Source: Deltaproteobacteria bacterium
GTDB taxonomy: Bacteria > Desulfobacterota > Syntrophobacteria > BM002
DNA length: 62,109 bases
Assembly (NCBI GenBank): GCA_020347625.1
Contig: CP070735.1
Span: 2,628,902 to 2,691,010, forward strand
Direction: 5' to 3'
Part shown: positions 8,448 through 20,131 of the stretch, piece after piece
How the letters are laid out: the number at the start of each line of letters is the position of its first letter
Position numbering within the stretch: position 1 is the first letter of the stretch
Made by a program: the position numbers and the translations under genes
Notes under the pieces: model-generated
What the model was told of the DNA's origin: nothing
The model's database searches: none
The model's input: only the letters and a program-made list of their open reading frames with translations

Positions 8448-9689
8448 ATGAAAAGACGGGTCGTAGTTACGGGTCTAGGTCTGGTGACACCATTGGCAAT
8501 CGGAGTTGAAGAGACATGGTCGGCCCTGGTGGCCGGTAAATCGGGTATTGGTCCCATAACCAAATTCGATGCCAGCGAGACGACCACTAAGATTGCCGGG
8601 GAAGTCAAAGATTTCAATCCAGAGGATTACGTCTCCCGCAAAGAGGTCAGGCGGATGGACCTGTTCACCATCTACTCCCTGGCAGGCACCCGGATGGCCG
8701 TAGAGGATGCCAAACTGGTAATCAACGGCAACAACGCCAATCGGGTTGGAGTGGTAATTGGAACCGGTCTGGGTGGTCTCGGCACCTTCGAAAAATTCCA
8801 CAAGATTCTGCTGGAGGAAGGTCCAAAAAAGGTCAGCCCTTTCTTCATTCCCATGCTAATTGCCAATATGGCACCCGGTCAGATCTCCATTGTATACGGA
8901 GCCAAGGGGCCGAATATGGCCATTGAAACGGCATGTGCTGCTGGCACTCACGCAATTGGCGATGCCTTCAAGCAGATCCAGCGCGGTGCTGCTGATGTGA
9001 TGATCACAGGCGGGGTGGAGGCAACAGTCACGCCGCTGGCGATAAGCGGTTTCAATGCCATGCGGGCCATCTCCACCCGCAATGACGCCCCGGAAAAGGC
9101 CTCCCGTCCTTTTGACCTGGACAGGGATGGCTTTGTTTTGTCTGAGGGCTGTGGCATCCTCATCCTGGAAGCGCTGGATTATGCTCTCGAGCGAGGAGCC
9201 AAGATTCATGCGGAGGTCATCGGCTACGGTCTCACTGGAGACGGCTACCACATGGCGGCTCCGGCACCCGAGGGCGAGGGCATGGCCCGTTGCATGCAAA
9301 TGGCTGTTGATGATGCTGGGATTGCGCCCGAAGAGGTAGATTACATCAACGCGCACGGTACCTCCACCGACTTGAATGACAGATTTGAAACGCAAGCGAT
9401 AAAGACTGTTTTTGGCGAGCACAGCTATAAACTTGCCGTGAGTTCCACCAAGTCCATGACCGGACACCTTCTCGGTGGGGCAGGTGGGGCGGAGACTGCT
9501 TTCACCGTTTTGGCCATACAGAGAGGGATCATCCCCCCGACCATCAATTATGAAAATCCTGATCCGGACTGTGATTTGGATTACGTGCCCAACGTCTGTC
9601 GCGAGGCAGATGTGCGAATTGCGCTTACCAATTCATTCGGTTTCGGTGGAACCAACGCTGCGCTGGTTTTACGGCGTTACGACCCCTGA
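8448..9689 (+). CDS. fabF: 3-oxoacyl-ACP synthase II
   Basis: KAS II (ACAAG active-site Cys, HGTST, GHLLGAAG, FGFGGTN). Confidence 0.92.
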   Translation: MKRRVVVTGLGLVTPLAIGVEETWSALVAGKSGIGPITKFDASETTTKIAGEVKDFNPEDYVSRKEVRRMDLFTIYSLAGTRMAVEDAKLVINGNNANRVGVVIGTGLGGLGTFEKFHKILLEEGPKKVSPFFIPMLIANMAPGQISIVYGAKGPNMAIETACAAGTHAIGDAFKQIQRGAADVMITGGVEATVTPLAISGFNAMRAISTRNDAPEKASRPFDLDRDGFVLSEGCGILILEALDYALERGAKIHAEVIGYGLTGDGYHMAAPAPEGEGMARCMQMAVDDAGIAPEEVDYINAHGTSTDLNDRFETQAIKTVFGEHSYKLAVSSTKSMTGHLLGGAGGAETAFTVLAIQRGIIPPTINYENPDPDCDLDYVPNVCREADVRIALTNSFGFGGTNAALVLRRYDP

Positions 9690-9723
9690 GACAGCACCCC
9701 GTGTTCTTTTTTGGAGGCTCTAT

Positions 9724-10155
9724 ATGAAAGTGGTTATTGGTAGTGATCATGCAGGCTTTTCCATGAAAACGCACGTCAGGACCTTGCTGGAGAACATGGG
9801 ACACACTGTGGAGGATGTGGGTTGCTACAGTGAAGAATCTGTGGACTACCCAGTCTACGGCAAGGCGGTGGCAACGGGTGTTGCCAGCGGCGAATTTCCC
9901 AAGGGGATTCTCATCTGTGGCTCAGGGCAGGGTATGGCAATGATTGCCAACCGTTTTGTTGGCGTGCGGGCAGCCTTGTGCAACGATCTTTTTAGTGCTG
10001 TTCTGAGCAGGCGGCACAACGACGCCAATCTCCTGGTTATGGGGGGAAGGCTGATCGGAGCCGACTTGGCAGGGGAAATTGTTGCAACCTGGCTGAACAC
10101 AGAGTTTGATGGCGGCCGCCACCAGGGCAGGGTAGCGCAGCTGGATGAAATCTGA
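9724..10155 (+). CDS. rpiB: ribose-5-phosphate isomerase B
   Basis: MKVVIGSDHAGF..CGSGQGM. The ATG at 9724 was chosen because the ORF-track start 9475 overlaps fabF. Confidence 0.88.
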   Translation: MKVVIGSDHAGFSMKTHVRTLLENMGHTVEDVGCYSEESVDYPVYGKAVATGVASGEFPKGILICGSGQGMAMIANRFVGVRAALCNDLFSAVLSRRHNDANLLVMGGRLIGADLAGEIVATWLNTEFDGGRHQGRVAQLDEI

Positions 10156-10156
10156 T

Positions 10157-10320
10157 CATTTGGCATTTGGCATTTCGCGTTTCAAATCTCAAAACTGCAA
10201 TCAAAGAATACAGTAGCCAGTAGTCAAGGGCGAATTACTCCTGTTTGCTTTTCTCCTGAATTCTGACTCCTGACTCCTCACTCTATGCCCCATGCTCCAT
10301 GCCTTCTCACATCTCAAAAA
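10157..10320. repeat. composite heptamer-array element (copy A)
   Basis: CATTTGG x2.., GTAGCCA GTAGTCA, core AGGGCGAATTACTCCTGTTTGC, CTGACTC x2, CCATGCT CCATGCC. Confidence 0.85.
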
Positions 10321-10424
10321 GCATTTATCGTTGGACATTTTTATTTCTTTTGGCTATCCTCACTAACCGGCTATCCCTAGACAGGGTTCACTACGGTTGA
10401 ATTACACCAGAAGATGTTACGGAC

Positions 10425-11684
10425 ATGATAGATCTGGAGAGAATAGACCCGCAGATTGCAGAATCCATCCGGTTGGAGGAGCAAAGGCAGCTACAGAGGC
10501 TGGAACTCATTGCCTCGGAAAATTTTGCCAGTCCGGCAGTCAGGCAAGCACAGGCCAGCGTCCTGACCAACAAATATGCGGAGGGCTATCCCGGCCACCG
10601 ATATTATGGTGGCTGTGAATTTGTGGATACAGCGGAAAGTTTAGCGATTGAGCGGGCGAAAGAGTTGTTTGCTGCCGAATATGCCAACGTTCAACCGCAT
10701 TCCGGTTCACAGGCAAACATGGCAGTTTTTTTCTCGATCTTACAGCCGGGCGACACCATTATGGGTATGGACCTGCGCCATGGGGGCCATCTGACCCACG
10801 GCAGCCCCGTGAATTTTTCCGGCCGACTTTTCAGAGTGATATCCTACGGGGTAAATCGGCAGACGGAAACCATAGACATGGAGGCGCTTGAACGACTGGC
10901 TAAAGAGCAGCGACCCAAGCTGGTCATCGCCGGGGCAAGCAGCTACCCCCGGGCGATAAACTTTGCTTTTTTTCAAAGCGTCTGTGATGAGATTGGCGCC
11001 TATCTGATGGTGGATATGGCACACATTGCTGGTTTGGTGGCTGCTGGAGTCCATCCAAGTCCCATTCCACACAGCGACTTTGTGACCTCCACCACCCACA
11101 AGACCCTCAGGGGACCCAGGGGAGGTCTGATACTCGCCAGAGAGGGCCACGCCGACAAACTCAACAAGCAGATCTTTCCCGGTATACAGGGTGGACCACT
11201 CATGCACGTCATCGCTGCCAAAGCCGTGGCTTTCAAGGAGGCTCTTACTGCCGAGTTCCGCTCTTACCAAAAACAAATTGTGGTTAATGCCAAACGGCTG
11301 GCAGCGGAGTTGTTGGACAGAGGTTTTCGTCTGGTCTCCGGAGGAACCGATAATCACATACTACTCGTTGACCTGCGGGGGAAGGGACTTACCGGAGCGC
11401 AAGCCGAGGTCATTTTGGACAAGGCTTGGATCACGGTAAACAAGAACAGCATTCCATTCGATCCGGAAAAGCCTGCTGTAACAAGTGGTATCCGAGTCGG
11501 GACTCCGGCGGTGACCACGCGGGGCATGAAAGAGAATGATATGGCTGTAATAGCCAAGTTTATCCACCAGGCCCTCGAAGCTGGTGATGATGCTGCCGTG
11601 CTGGAGCAACTGAGCCGCCAGGTTGGCGATTTCTGTTCGCAGTTCCCTTTACACAAACCCGTATACGAGATGGAGGCGGCTTGA
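10425..11684 (+). CDS. glyA: serine hydroxymethyltransferase
   Basis: SHMT over full length ([19 protein letters not shown]). Confidence 0.95.
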   Translation: MIDLERIDPQIAESIRLEEQRQLQRLELIASENFASPAVRQAQASVLTNKYAEGYPGHRYYGGCEFVDTAESLAIERAKELFAAEYANVQPHSGSQANMAVFFSILQPGDTIMGMDLRHGGHLTHGSPVNFSGRLFRVISYGVNRQTETIDMEALERLAKEQRPKLVIAGASSYPRAINFAFFQSVCDEIGAYLMVDMAHIAGLVAAGVHPSPIPHSDFVTSTTHKTLRGPRGGLILAREGHADKLNKQIFPGIQGGPLMHVIAAKAVAFKEALTAEFRSYQKQIVVNAKRLAAELLDRGFRLVSGGTDNHILLVDLRGKGLTGAQAEVILDKAWITVNKNSIPFDPEKPAVTSGIRVGTPAVTTRGMKENDMAVIAKFIHQALEAGDDAAVLEQLSRQVGDFCSQFPLHKPVYEMEAA

Positions 11685-11687
11685 GGT

Positions 11688-12149
11688 ATGGCGCGGCCTA
11701 GTTGGGAAGCCTATTTTATGGAAATCACCAACCTGGTGGCCCAGCGGTCCACCTGTAACCGTCGCAGTGTAGGGGCCGTTCTGGTAAAAGACAAGCGGAT
11801 CCTTGCAACTGGCTACAACGGCGCCCCTTCTGGCCTGCCACATTGTCTCGATGTGGGCTGCATGCGTGAGCAGAACAACATACCGTCGGGCCAACGGCAC
11901 GAACTCTGCCGGGGTTTACATGCAGAGCAGAATGTTATCATCCAAGCGGCGCGTCACGGCATACCAATTCAGGGCGCCACCCTTTACTGTACCACTAGGC
12001 CTTGTTCCATCTGTGCCAAGATGATCATCAATGCAAGTATTGTTGCTGTCTATTATGAAGAGGGCTATGCTGATGAACTCTCCGACCAGATGCTTAAGGA
12101 GGCCGGAATCGAGTTAGTTGGTTGGCAACCCCCTGACGGAGGTGAGTGA
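11688..12149 (+). CDS. dCMP deaminase / ComEB-type cytidine-deoxycytidylate deaminase
   Basis: Zinc motifs HAEQN and PCSICAKM. Confidence 0.85.
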   Translation: MARPSWEAYFMEITNLVAQRSTCNRRSVGAVLVKDKRILATGYNGAPSGLPHCLDVGCMREQNNIPSGQRHELCRGLHAEQNVIIQAARHGIPIQGATLYCTTRPCSICAKMIINASIVAVYYEEGYADELSDQMLKEAGIELVGWQPPDGGE

Positions 12150-12598
12150 TGAGGTGCCAATTCTGTGGTAACCTTAAGACTAGGGTGCTCGACTCCCGCC
12201 CAGGAAAGGATAACAATCACATTCGACGTCGACGACAATGCGTCGAGTGTGATCGGCGGTTCACCACTTTCGAACGGCTGGAGGAAAATCTTCCCCTAGT
12301 GGTTAAGAGAGATGGCCGTCTCGAGGCTTTCGACAGGGACAAGATGCTGGCCTCCGTTAAACAGTCTTGCACGAAACTTCCGGTGGCGGAGGGGCACCTC
12401 AATAGGATGGTGGGGCTGATCGAAAGCCGAATCCAGGAGAGCCGGCGGCGTAAACTTCGAAGTCAGGTTCTGGGAGATCTAGTGGCAGCTGCTTTGCTGG
12501 AGCTTCATCCGGCGGCTTATATTCGCTACTCCATTGTGCACCGGCAGATCCAGGATCTCCAAGACCTGCAGAAACTTTTGGAAGAGGAGTTTGGTTAA
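12149..12598 (+). CDS. nrdR: transcriptional repressor NrdR
   Basis: MRCQFCG..CVECDRRFTT zinc ribbon plus ATP-cone. The ATG overlaps the upstream TGA. Confidence 0.9.
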   Translation: MRCQFCGNLKTRVLDSRPGKDNNHIRRRRQCVECDRRFTTFERLEENLPLVVKRDGRLEAFDRDKMLASVKQSCTKLPVAEGHLNRMVGLIESRIQESRRRKLRSQVLGDLVAAALLELHPAAYIRYSIVHRQIQDLQDLQKLLEEEFG

Positions 12599-12605
12599 GG
12601 CTGCG

Positions 12606-13748
12606 GTGACAGACCAACGTTCTTTGGCAAGAAAAGATGAACAGTTCATGCGATCCGCCCTGCGATTGGCGGCCCGCGGTGTGGGGTACACCTCACCCAA
12701 TCCCATGGTAGGTGCCGTAGTGGTCAAGCGCGGCCGGGTGGTTGGTAAGGGATATCATCGCAAAGCAGGCACGCCGCACGCCGAGATTCATGCCCTGCAA
12801 GATGCCGGCGCGCGGGCGGTTGGGGCCACTCTGTATGTGACTCTCGAGCCATGCAATCATCAGGGCCGCACCCCGCCCTGCACAGAAGCGATTTTGCGCA
12901 GCGGGGTGGATCGGGTAGTGGTGGGGTGCAACGATCCCAATCCTCGAGTCAGTGGTGGGGGAGTTGATTTACTCAGATCTCGGGGTGTCCGGGTGGAAGT
13001 GGGTGTTCTCGGGGAGAAGTGCACCCGGCTTAATGAAGCGTTCATCAAACATGTGACCACCGGTTTGCCTATGGTGGTCGCCAAAGTGGCCGCCAGTTTG
13101 GACGGCAAGATTGCCAGTCACCGCGGCGATTCCCGTTGGATCTCAAATGAGCGTTCGCGGCGCTTTGTCCATCGATTACGCCATGCGGCGGACGCCATTT
13201 TGGTGGGGGTTGGGACCGTTATTGCGGACAATCCCAGCCTCACCACGCGACTCCCCGGTAGGAAGTGGAAAAATCCCCTCCGGATCATTCTGGATACCCA
13301 CCTACGAATACCTCTGGACAGCCTGGTAGTGGAGCAGACCGACGAAGCGCCAACGATTGTGGCAACCGGGCCAAAACCTTATAAGAAAAGAAGGGCTGCC
13401 CTGGAAGAGAGAGGCGTGGAAATCTTGCCATTGCCTCTAAAGAGCGGCCGAGTATCTCTGCCTGCACTCCTGGATCGGTTGGGAAAACGTGATATCATCA
13501 GTGTTCTTGTAGAGGGTGGAGCCGAGGTGCACGGTGGTTTTTTTTATGACAATCTTGTGGATAAGGTTTATCTTTTCTTTGCGCCAAAAATCATTGGTGG
13601 TAGCAGGGCTGTTCCCATGGTAGGTGGTATTGGCTCTGAGACCGTGGCCGAGGCCTCTCCTTTGAAGCATATACGGCTTCGCCGCTTCGATGATGATATA
13701 ATGGTGGAGGCTTATTTGGAACAGTCAACGCTTTTAAGCAAAAGTTAG
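12606..13748 (+). CDS. ribD: bifunctional riboflavin biosynthesis deaminase/reductase RibD
   Basis: HAEIHAL and PCNHQGRTPPC deaminase motifs plus a reductase domain. Start is uncertain (TTG 12591, GTG 12606 or ATG 12648). Confidence 0.88.
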   Translation: MTDQRSLARKDEQFMRSALRLAARGVGYTSPNPMVGAVVVKRGRVVGKGYHRKAGTPHAEIHALQDAGARAVGATLYVTLEPCNHQGRTPPCTEAILRSGVDRVVVGCNDPNPRVSGGGVDLLRSRGVRVEVGVLGEKCTRLNEAFIKHVTTGLPMVVAKVAASLDGKIASHRGDSRWISNERSRRFVHRLRHAADAILVGVGTVIADNPSLTTRLPGRKWKNPLRIILDTHLRIPLDSLVVEQTDEAPTIVATGPKPYKKRRAALEERGVEILPLPLKSGRVSLPALLDRLGKRDIISVLVEGGAEVHGGFFYDNLVDKVYLFFAPKIIGGSRAVPMVGGIGSETVAEASPLKHIRLRRFDDDIMVEAYLEQSTLLSKS

Positions 13749-13783
13749 GATAGTCCGGACAGAATGGGCGAGCAAGCGCATCT

Positions 13784-13910
13784 GGCATAGGGCATAGAGC
13801 ATAGAGCATGGGGTTCAAACATTTTAAAATTTGAAATTATTGGCCCTGGCTACTGACTACTGCTTTCTATTAATTCGCGTTACGCCTTGAGCCCTGTGCC
13901 TCTAGCCTAA
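13784..13910. repeat. composite heptamer-array element (copy C)
   Basis: GGCATAG GGCATAG AGCATAG AGCATGG...TGGCTAC TGACTAC...TAATTCGC. Confidence 0.8.
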
Positions 13911-13925
13911 CAGTGGAGATGACCC

Positions 13926-14582
13926 ATGTTCACCGGCCTGATTGAGGGAACTGGCAAGTTGGTGAAAGTGGAGCCGCGTGGTAAAGACATGCGGCTCAGT
14001 ATTCAGGCTTCCTTTGATCTGGAAGAGCTGAAGACTGGCGAGAGTGTCTCGGTTGACGGCGCCTGCCTTACTGTGGTTTCTTGGGAGGGAAGAATGTTTA
14101 CAGTGGACGTCTCCCAGGAGACCCTAGAACGCACCATTCTCGCCCAGAGGGGGGCCGGGGATGAGGTGAACCTGGAACGGGCTCTTAAGCTAGGCGACCG
14201 TCTAGGCGGACATTTGGTAAATGGCCACGTGGATGGCAGGGCCAGGGTGACCGCGCGGAAGAAAAGGGGTGAATCACTAGTTTTCGAATTTGAGGTTCCA
14301 GGTGAATTAGGCCGCTACTTCATCGAAAAAGGTTCGGTGGCGATCAACGGCGTAAGTCTCACAGTAAATCGATGCGATGAAAGGTCTTTTGATGTTAACA
14401 TAGTGCCACATACCGCCCGGTGGACCACCATAGGGAGCTGGCGGGTGGGAGACGAGGTGAATATCGAGGTTGATCTAATCGGCAAATACGTGGAGAAATT
14501 CCTGCGCAACATGCGGGAAGGCAGTTCTCCAAAAGCCGACGGCATGGATCGTGATTTTTTAGAGAAGCACGGATTTCTGTAA
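13926..14582 (+). CDS. ribE: riboflavin synthase alpha chain
   Basis: [11 protein letters not shown]-terminus and duplicated lumazine-binding repeats. Confidence 0.92.
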   Translation: MFTGLIEGTGKLVKVEPRGKDMRLSIQASFDLEELKTGESVSVDGACLTVVSWEGRMFTVDVSQETLERTILAQRGAGDEVNLERALKLGDRLGGHLVNGHVDGRARVTARKKRGESLVFEFEVPGELGRYFIEKGSVAINGVSLTVNRCDERSFDVNIVPHTARWTTIGSWRVGDEVNIEVDLIGKYVEKFLRNMREGSSPKADGMDRDFLEKHGFL

Positions 14583-14719
14583 CGGAAGGCCAATTGTCAA
14601 AAGTCATTGGAAAATACAAGTCACACTGGCCATTTCGCCGTAGAGGCGACCTCTTGGTCGCAAAATGAAGCTGGGAAACCGGCTTAACCGGCGAAACTGA
14701 AAGAACTGGAGTAAAAGAA

Positions 14720-15952
14720 ATGCCAACCGCAAAAATTGCTGAGGCCCTGGAAGAGATCAGAGAAGGGAAGATGGTTATCCTGGTGGATGATGAGGACCGG
14801 GAAAACGAGGGTGATCTCTGCATGGCTGCCGAAAAGGCGACCCCAGAGGCCATAAACTTTATGGCAAGGTATGGAAGAGGATTGATCTGTCTTTCCTTGA
14901 CAGAGGAAAAGGTTGAGAAACTTCAGCTACCCATGATGGTTTCAAACAATGAGTCTAGGTTCGGGACCGCCTTCACCGTTTCAATCGAGGCTAGACTTGG
15001 GGTCACCACCGGAATCTCTGCTGCTGATCGGGCAACCACCATTCTGACTGCGGTGGACCCCGGCGCAAGACCAGAGGATCTGGTGAGTCCGGGACATGTC
15101 TTCCCCCTTCGGGCTCGAAAGGGCGGTGTATTGGTGCGTACCGGACAGACTGAGGGTTCGGTTGATCTAGCCAGGTTGGCAGGATTGAAGCCTGCCGGAG
15201 TCATTTGCGAGGTTATGAAAGACGATGGCACCATGGCGAGAATGCCTGACTTGGAAATATTTGCCAAGGAGCACGGACTCAAGATCGTTACTATTGCAGA
15301 TATTATCGAGTACAGGATGCGCCACGAGAGCTTTGTTGACCGTGCAGCAGTCACCATGCTGCCCACCATTCATGGCGGTGAATTTCAGGCCATTGTCTAT
15401 ACAAACGACATCGATCCCAGCCAGCACATTGCCCTGGTGAAGGGTGAGCTCAACCCGGATGAAGAGATATTGGTCCGCGTCCACTCAGAATGCCTCACCG
15501 GCGACAGTTTGGGCTCGCTTCGCTGTGATTGTGGAGACCAGTTGCATCGTGCCATGGAGATGGTTAGCGATGAAGGTAAGGGGGTTATCCTTTACATAAC
15601 CAACCAGGAAGGTCGTGGCATAGGTCTCGCCAATAAACTCAAGTCGTATGCTCTCCAGGATCAAGGAAAAGATACGGTGGAGGCCAACGAGGCCTTGGGA
15701 TTCAAGGCTGATTTAAGAGAATACGGGATAGGTGCTCAAATCTTGGTGGACCTTGGGGTCAGAAAGATGCGGCTTATGACCAATAATCCCAAGAAGATCG
15801 TTGGACTGGAAGGTTACGGTATCACCATAACCGAGCGGGTGCCCATCGAGATTCAGCCCAACCCCTGTAACCTTGACTATCTGAAAACTAAATGTTCAAA
15901 GATGGGCCACCTCATGGACCTGACCCAGCAGAAGGAGAAGGAGAATTACTGA
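14720..15952 (+). CDS. ribBA: bifunctional DHBP synthase / GTP cyclohydrolase II
   Basis: RENEGDL (RibB half). CxxxxxxxxxxCxC zinc site and QEGRGIGL (RibA half). Confidence 0.93.
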   Translation: MPTAKIAEALEEIREGKMVILVDDEDRENEGDLCMAAEKATPEAINFMARYGRGLICLSLTEEKVEKLQLPMMVSNNESRFGTAFTVSIEARLGVTTGISAADRATTILTAVDPGARPEDLVSPGHVFPLRARKGGVLVRTGQTEGSVDLARLAGLKPAGVICEVMKDDGTMARMPDLEIFAKEHGLKIVTIADIIEYRMRHESFVDRAAVTMLPTIHGGEFQAIVYTNDIDPSQHIALVKGELNPDEEILVRVHSECLTGDSLGSLRCDCGDQLHRAMEMVSDEGKGVILYITNQEGRGIGLANKLKSYALQDQGKDTVEANEALGFKADLREYGIGAQILVDLGVRKMRLMTNNPKKIVGLEGYGITITERVPIEIQPNPCNLDYLKTKCSKMGHLMDLTQQKEKENY

Positions 15953-16038
15953 GATTGTAGATTGCAGATTGTGGGATTATATGAATCTTCTGTCTGAACT
16001 TCATTCAATCTGAAATCAAGAATCTAAAATCTGCAATG
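15953..16038. repeat. heptamer-array hairpin element
   Basis: GATTGTA GATTGCA GATTGTG, a loop, then CAATCTG AAATCAA GAATCTA AAATCTG CAATGCA. Confidence 0.85.
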
Positions 16039-16056
16039 CACAAGAGGGAGGTTAGC

Positions 16057-16524
16057 ATGCCGAAAACAGTTGAGGGGAAACTCGAGGCAAAAGGGCTAAA
16101 ATTTGCCGTCGTGGTCAGTCGCTTTAATGATTTCATCTGCGATCGACTTTTGGGGGGAGCACTGGACGCGCTGCTCAGAAGCGGCGCTAAGGAATCGGAC
16201 ATCGAGGTGATTAAGGTGCCCGGCGCCTGGGAGATTCCTCTCGTCTGTAAAAGCTTGGCGGATGGTAAGCCATACGACGCCATTGTTTGTCTTGGAGCTG
16301 TTATTCGCGGTTCTACACCTCACTTCGAATATGTTGCGGCTGAGGTCTCCAAGGGAATCGCGGCAGTAGGTCTGGAGTATGGTGTGCCCATCACCTTCGG
16401 GGTGCTAACTACGGACAGCTTGGAACAGGCCATTGAACGGGCGGGTACAAAAGCGGGTAACAAAGGCTTTGAAGCAGCTCAGGCAGCCATCGAGATGGCT
16501 AATCTTATGGGCCAGCTGAAATAG
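16057..16524 (+). CDS. ribH: 6,7-dimethyl-8-ribityllumazine synthase
   Basis: FAVVVSRFN and GAWEIP motifs. The ATG at 16057 is preceded by a GGGAGG RBS. Confidence 0.92.
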   Translation: MPKTVEGKLEAKGLKFAVVVSRFNDFICDRLLGGALDALLRSGAKESDIEVIKVPGAWEIPLVCKSLADGKPYDAIVCLGAVIRGSTPHFEYVAAEVSKGIAAVGLEYGVPITFGVLTTDSLEQAIERAGTKAGNKGFEAAQAAIEMANLMGQLK

Positions 16525-16607
16525 ACAAATATCGGCCTTTCTACCGCTTTGACCTCACAATAGACACTTTGGGGAGAGGGCTAAACAATAAGCTCTATGG
16601 TCTTTAT

Positions 16608-16775
16608 GCATCGCGTCATTTGGCTTCGCCGTCATTCATCGTCACTAAGTGGTTGGGTCACAAGGTTGTTTAGTAACTGGAGTACCCCAACATGGCATCG
16701 CTCTTTATAGTGATCTTTTCCTTTTACGACATAATGACTCAATGACGGGCGACAGCCCAAATGACCTAATGACCC
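16608..16775. repeat. heptamer-array hairpin element (ribH-nusB gap)
   Basis: CGTCATT..CGTCATTCATCGTCAC on the left. ATAATGAC TCAATGAC..AAATGAC CTAATGAC on the right. Confidence 0.7.
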
Positions 16776-16848
16776 TGCGCTTCGAGTGTTACGCCTCATA
16801 ACTAATCAGATAGGGTGCTCAAAGCCCACCACCATAGAGAACAAGAAT

Positions 16849-17322
16849 ATGGGTAGTCGACGTCGTTCCCGAGAAATGGCCGTCCAGGTGCTCTACCAGG
16901 CTGATATGGCCCGGGTTGATATCAATAAAGCGTTAGGAGTATTTTGCGAGCACTTCGAGGTCACCGATAGCATCAAAGACTTTGCCGTTGAACTGGTCAG
17001 GGGAGTAGATTTGCATCGAGCGGAAATTGACGGGCTGATCAAGAGATTTTCAGAGCATTGGCGGCTGGAACGCATGTCCATAGTGGATCGCAATATTCTA
17101 CGGTTGGCGGTGTTTGAGCTACTGAACCGTCCGGATATTCCTGCAAAAGTTTCCATCAATGAGGCGGTGGATCTCGGTAAGAAGTTTGGCTCAGAAGATT
17201 CCGGCTCTTTCATCAACGGCATACTCGACGGAATCCGTTTGCACCTGGAACAGAATGGTAGACGCAAAACTCCTCCAACTAACGATCCCACATTTGAACA
17301 GGCAGGAGAATCCGGGGGGTAA
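16849..17322 (+). CDS. nusB: transcription antitermination factor NusB
   Basis: [16 protein letters not shown]-terminus. Internal ATG chosen. Conserved ribH-nusB order. Confidence 0.88.
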   Translation: MGSRRRSREMAVQVLYQADMARVDINKALGVFCEHFEVTDSIKDFAVELVRGVDLHRAEIDGLIKRFSEHWRLERMSIVDRNILRLAVFELLNRPDIPAKVSINEAVDLGKKFGSEDSGSFINGILDGIRLHLEQNGRRKTPPTNDPTFEQAGESGG

Positions 17323-17371
17323 GCAGTCATTTTGACCAGCAGCCTGCTAGGGACCCCGCACTAAGAATTAT

Positions 17372-17500
17372 TTCATTTTGCACAGCTCATTTCTCATATC
17401 GCATCTAACATTTTCTATTTATCTTATGTGAGTTGAAATTCATCCAATCATTGCGTCACAAGGTAAAATGACAAACGCGAAATGTGAATCAACAAATTCC
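17372..17500. repeat. heptamer-array hairpin element
   Basis: TCATTTT GCACAGC TCATTTC TCATATC GCATCTA...AAAATGA CAAACGC GAAATGT GAATCAA. Confidence 0.65.
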
Positions 17501-17534
17501 TTAATGCCTATTGGAGAAAAGTGCAGGAGGGATA

Positions 17535-20126
17535 ATGCAGTCCAGGTACAATCCAGCCAAAATTGAACCCAAGTGGCAGAACGTCTGGGAGAAAGGGCGC
17601 ATTTTCGAAGTAAGCGAAGATGAGAGCAAACCCAAGTATTATCTACTGGAGATGTTTCCCTATCCCTCAGGACGCATTCACATGGGGCACGTGCGAAACT
17701 ATACGATCGGGGATGTGGTAGCTCGCTATAAAAAAATGCGCGGTTTCAATGTGATTCACCCCATGGGCTGGGATGCTTTCGGCATGCCGGCGGAAAATGC
17801 TGCAATCAAGGCCAAAAGCCATCCAGCCACTTGGACCTACACCAACATCGCCCAGATGAAGGAACAGCTGAAACAGATGGGTTTCAGCTACGATTGGACC
17901 CGGGAATTAGCCACCTGCGACGTCTCCTATTATCGCTGGGAACAGCTACTGTTCCTCAAAATGTATGAACGAGGTCTGGCGTATCGCGAAAAGGCTTACG
18001 TAAACTGGTGCGCAACCTGCCAAACAGTACTCGCCAACGAACAGGTGGAGGCTGGACTGTGTTGGCGCTGCAGTGAAACGGTGGAACAGAAAGAGATGTC
18101 ACAGTGGTTTCTCAAAATCACTGATTATGCGGATGAACTGTTGGAATACTGTGACCGCATGCCGGGATGGCCGGAGCGAGTTCTCATCATGCAGCGCAAC
18201 TGGATTGGAAAGAGCGAAGGGGCGTTGATCAATTTTCCTATGGAGGATTCGGAGGAGCACATCCAGGTCTTTACCACACGTCAGGACACCGTTTACGGTG
18301 CAACCTTCATGAGCCTTGCAGTGGAGCACCCACTGTCCCTGAAACTCTGTCAAGGGAAGCCAGAGGAGGCCGCCGTCAAGGAATTCATTGAGAGGACTAA
18401 ACGTATCCAGCGCAGCGAAAGGACTTCTGAATTCTTTGAAAAGGAGGGGGTGTTCACCGGAGCCTATTGTCGCAATCCCATGACGGATGAGCGTATGCCC
18501 ATTTATGTGGCCAACTTCGTATTGATGGAATACGGCACAGGCGCGGTGATGGCAGTGCCAACCCATGATCAGCGGGATTTTGAGTTCGCCAATACCTACG
18601 GCCTGCCGTTGAAGGTCGTGGTCAACCCTCCAGGAGCTGAACTGGACGTCGACGGCATGGAAGAGGCGTATGAGGAAGATGGGGTTTTGACCAATTCTGG
18701 AGAATTCAGCGGAATGGGGAGTGCTGAGGCCAGGAAGGCCATTAACCAGTACCTGGAATCCACAGGTTTGGGCGAAGCTTCAATACATTACAGGCTGCGC
18801 GATTGGCTCATCTCCAGACAGCGTTATTGGGGCGCTCCCATCCCGATGATTTACTGCGATAAATGCGGCATCGTGCCCGTGCCTGAGGATGAATTACCGG
18901 TAGTCTTGCCTTTGGATGCCAGTCTCACGGCCAGTGGCGGTACACCACTGCCAACTCTCAAAGAATTCGTGGAAACCACCTGCCCCGAATGTAACGGCGG
19001 CGCCAGGCGGGAGGTGGACACCATGGACACATTCGTAGAGTCTTCATGGTATTTCATGCGGTATACCTGTCCAGATTACCAGAAGGGACCATTGGACAGA
19101 GCCAGAAACGACTACTGGATGCCGGTAGATCAGTACATAGGCGGCATTGAACACGCTGTGCTCCACTTGCTCTACTCGCGGTTTTTCACCAAGGTGCTGA
19201 GAGATATGGGGATGGTGGGTCAGGACGAGCCTTTTACCAATCTGCTAACTCAAGGAATGGTTTGCAAGGAGACGCTGCGTTGTCCAGAGCACGGCTGGCT
19301 GGCTCCAGAAGACACCGATGAGGAGAAGCCAGAGGTTTACCAGTGTCGCAAGTGCGGCACCGTAGCAGAGATTGGCAGGAAGGAAAAGATGTCCAAATCC
19401 AAGGGAAATGTGGTTGATCCTGGAGACCTGGTAGAGCGATACGGGGCTGATACAGTGAGACTTTTTTGCCTTTTCGCATCTCCACCTGAAAGGGACTTGG
19501 AATGGAGCGACCGGGGAGTGGAGGGCAGTGCCCGCTTTCTCAACCGACTCTGGCGTCTGGTATACGAAGAGCGCCAAGCCCTTCAGGGAGTTACCTCCTA
19601 TGATAGCAGTCACCCTCTGGAGGGAGAGTTGAGGGCTCTGCACCGAAAAACCCATCAGACTATCAAGAAAGTTACCGAGGATATTGAACAACGTTTTCAT
19701 TTCAATACAGCCATCAGTGCGGTGATGGAGCTGGTGAATGCCATCTATCAATTTCGCTCGGATGATAACCATGACCCTCAGGCTCTTCCTGTTCTGCGGC
19801 TGGCAGTGGAGATGGCACTGGTGCTGATCTCACCCATGATCCCACACATTGCAGACGAGATGTGGGAGGTCCTGGGGCATGAGAACAGTGTTGTTGAAGA
19901 GCAATGGCCACAATGGGACGAAGAGGCAATTGAGGAAGAGAAACAGCTCATTGTGGTTCAAGTGAACGGCAAGCTACGCAATCGCATCTATGTGTCACCC
20001 AGTGCCAGTAATGAGGAGATCCAGGAAACTGCCCTCAATGATGAGCGGATAAAAACATTTATAGGCGGCCAACCTGTTCGTAAAGTAGTCGTGGTTCCCG
20101 GTCGGCTGGTTAATGTGGTGATTTAG
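17535..20126 (+). CDS. leuS: leucyl-tRNA synthetase
   Basis: HMGH and KMSKS signatures. The ATG at 17535 follows a GCAGGAGGG RBS. Confidence 0.95.
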   Translation: MQSRYNPAKIEPKWQNVWEKGRIFEVSEDESKPKYYLLEMFPYPSGRIHMGHVRNYTIGDVVARYKKMRGFNVIHPMGWDAFGMPAENAAIKAKSHPATWTYTNIAQMKEQLKQMGFSYDWTRELATCDVSYYRWEQLLFLKMYERGLAYREKAYVNWCATCQTVLANEQVEAGLCWRCSETVEQKEMSQWFLKITDYADELLEYCDRMPGWPERVLIMQRNWIGKSEGALINFPMEDSEEHIQVFTTRQDTVYGATFMSLAVEHPLSLKLCQGKPEEAAVKEFIERTKRIQRSERTSEFFEKEGVFTGAYCRNPMTDERMPIYVANFVLMEYGTGAVMAVPTHDQRDFEFANTYGLPLKVVVNPPGAELDVDGMEEAYEEDGVLTNSGEFSGMGSAEARKAINQYLESTGLGEASIHYRLRDWLISRQRYWGAPIPMIYCDKCGIVPVPEDELPVVLPLDASLTASGGTPLPTLKEFVETTCPECNGGARREVDTMDTFVESSWYFMRYTCPDYQKGPLDRARNDYWMPVDQYIGGIEHAVLHLLYSRFFTKVLRDMGMVGQDEPFTNLLTQGMVCKETLRCPEHGWLAPEDTDEEKPEVYQCRKCGTVAEIGRKEKMSKSKGNVVDPGDLVERYGADTVRLFCLFASPPERDLEWSDRGVEGSARFLNRLWRLVYEERQALQGVTSYDSSHPLEGELRALHRKTHQTIKKVTEDIEQRFHFNTAISAVMELVNAIYQFRSDDNHDPQALPVLRLAVEMALVLISPMIPHIADEMWEVLGHENSVVEEQWPQWDEEAIEEEKQLIVVQVNGKLRNRIYVSPSASNEEIQETALNDERIKTFIGGQPVRKVVVVPGRLVNVVI

Positions 20127-20131
20127 CTCAG

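Noticed and set aside
9475-9723. Long N-terminal extension of rpiB (ORF-track start 9475)
   Set aside because: It overlaps the fabF 3' end in another frame. The RpiB homology begins at MKVVIGSDHAGF (ATG 9724).
13749-13925. Expected FMN (RFN) riboswitch upstream of riboflavin genes
   Set aside because: I could not find the conserved RFN core by eye upstream of ribD (which overlaps nrdR), ribE or ribBA. The gaps are filled by heptamer elements instead. A covariance-model scan would be needed to be sure.
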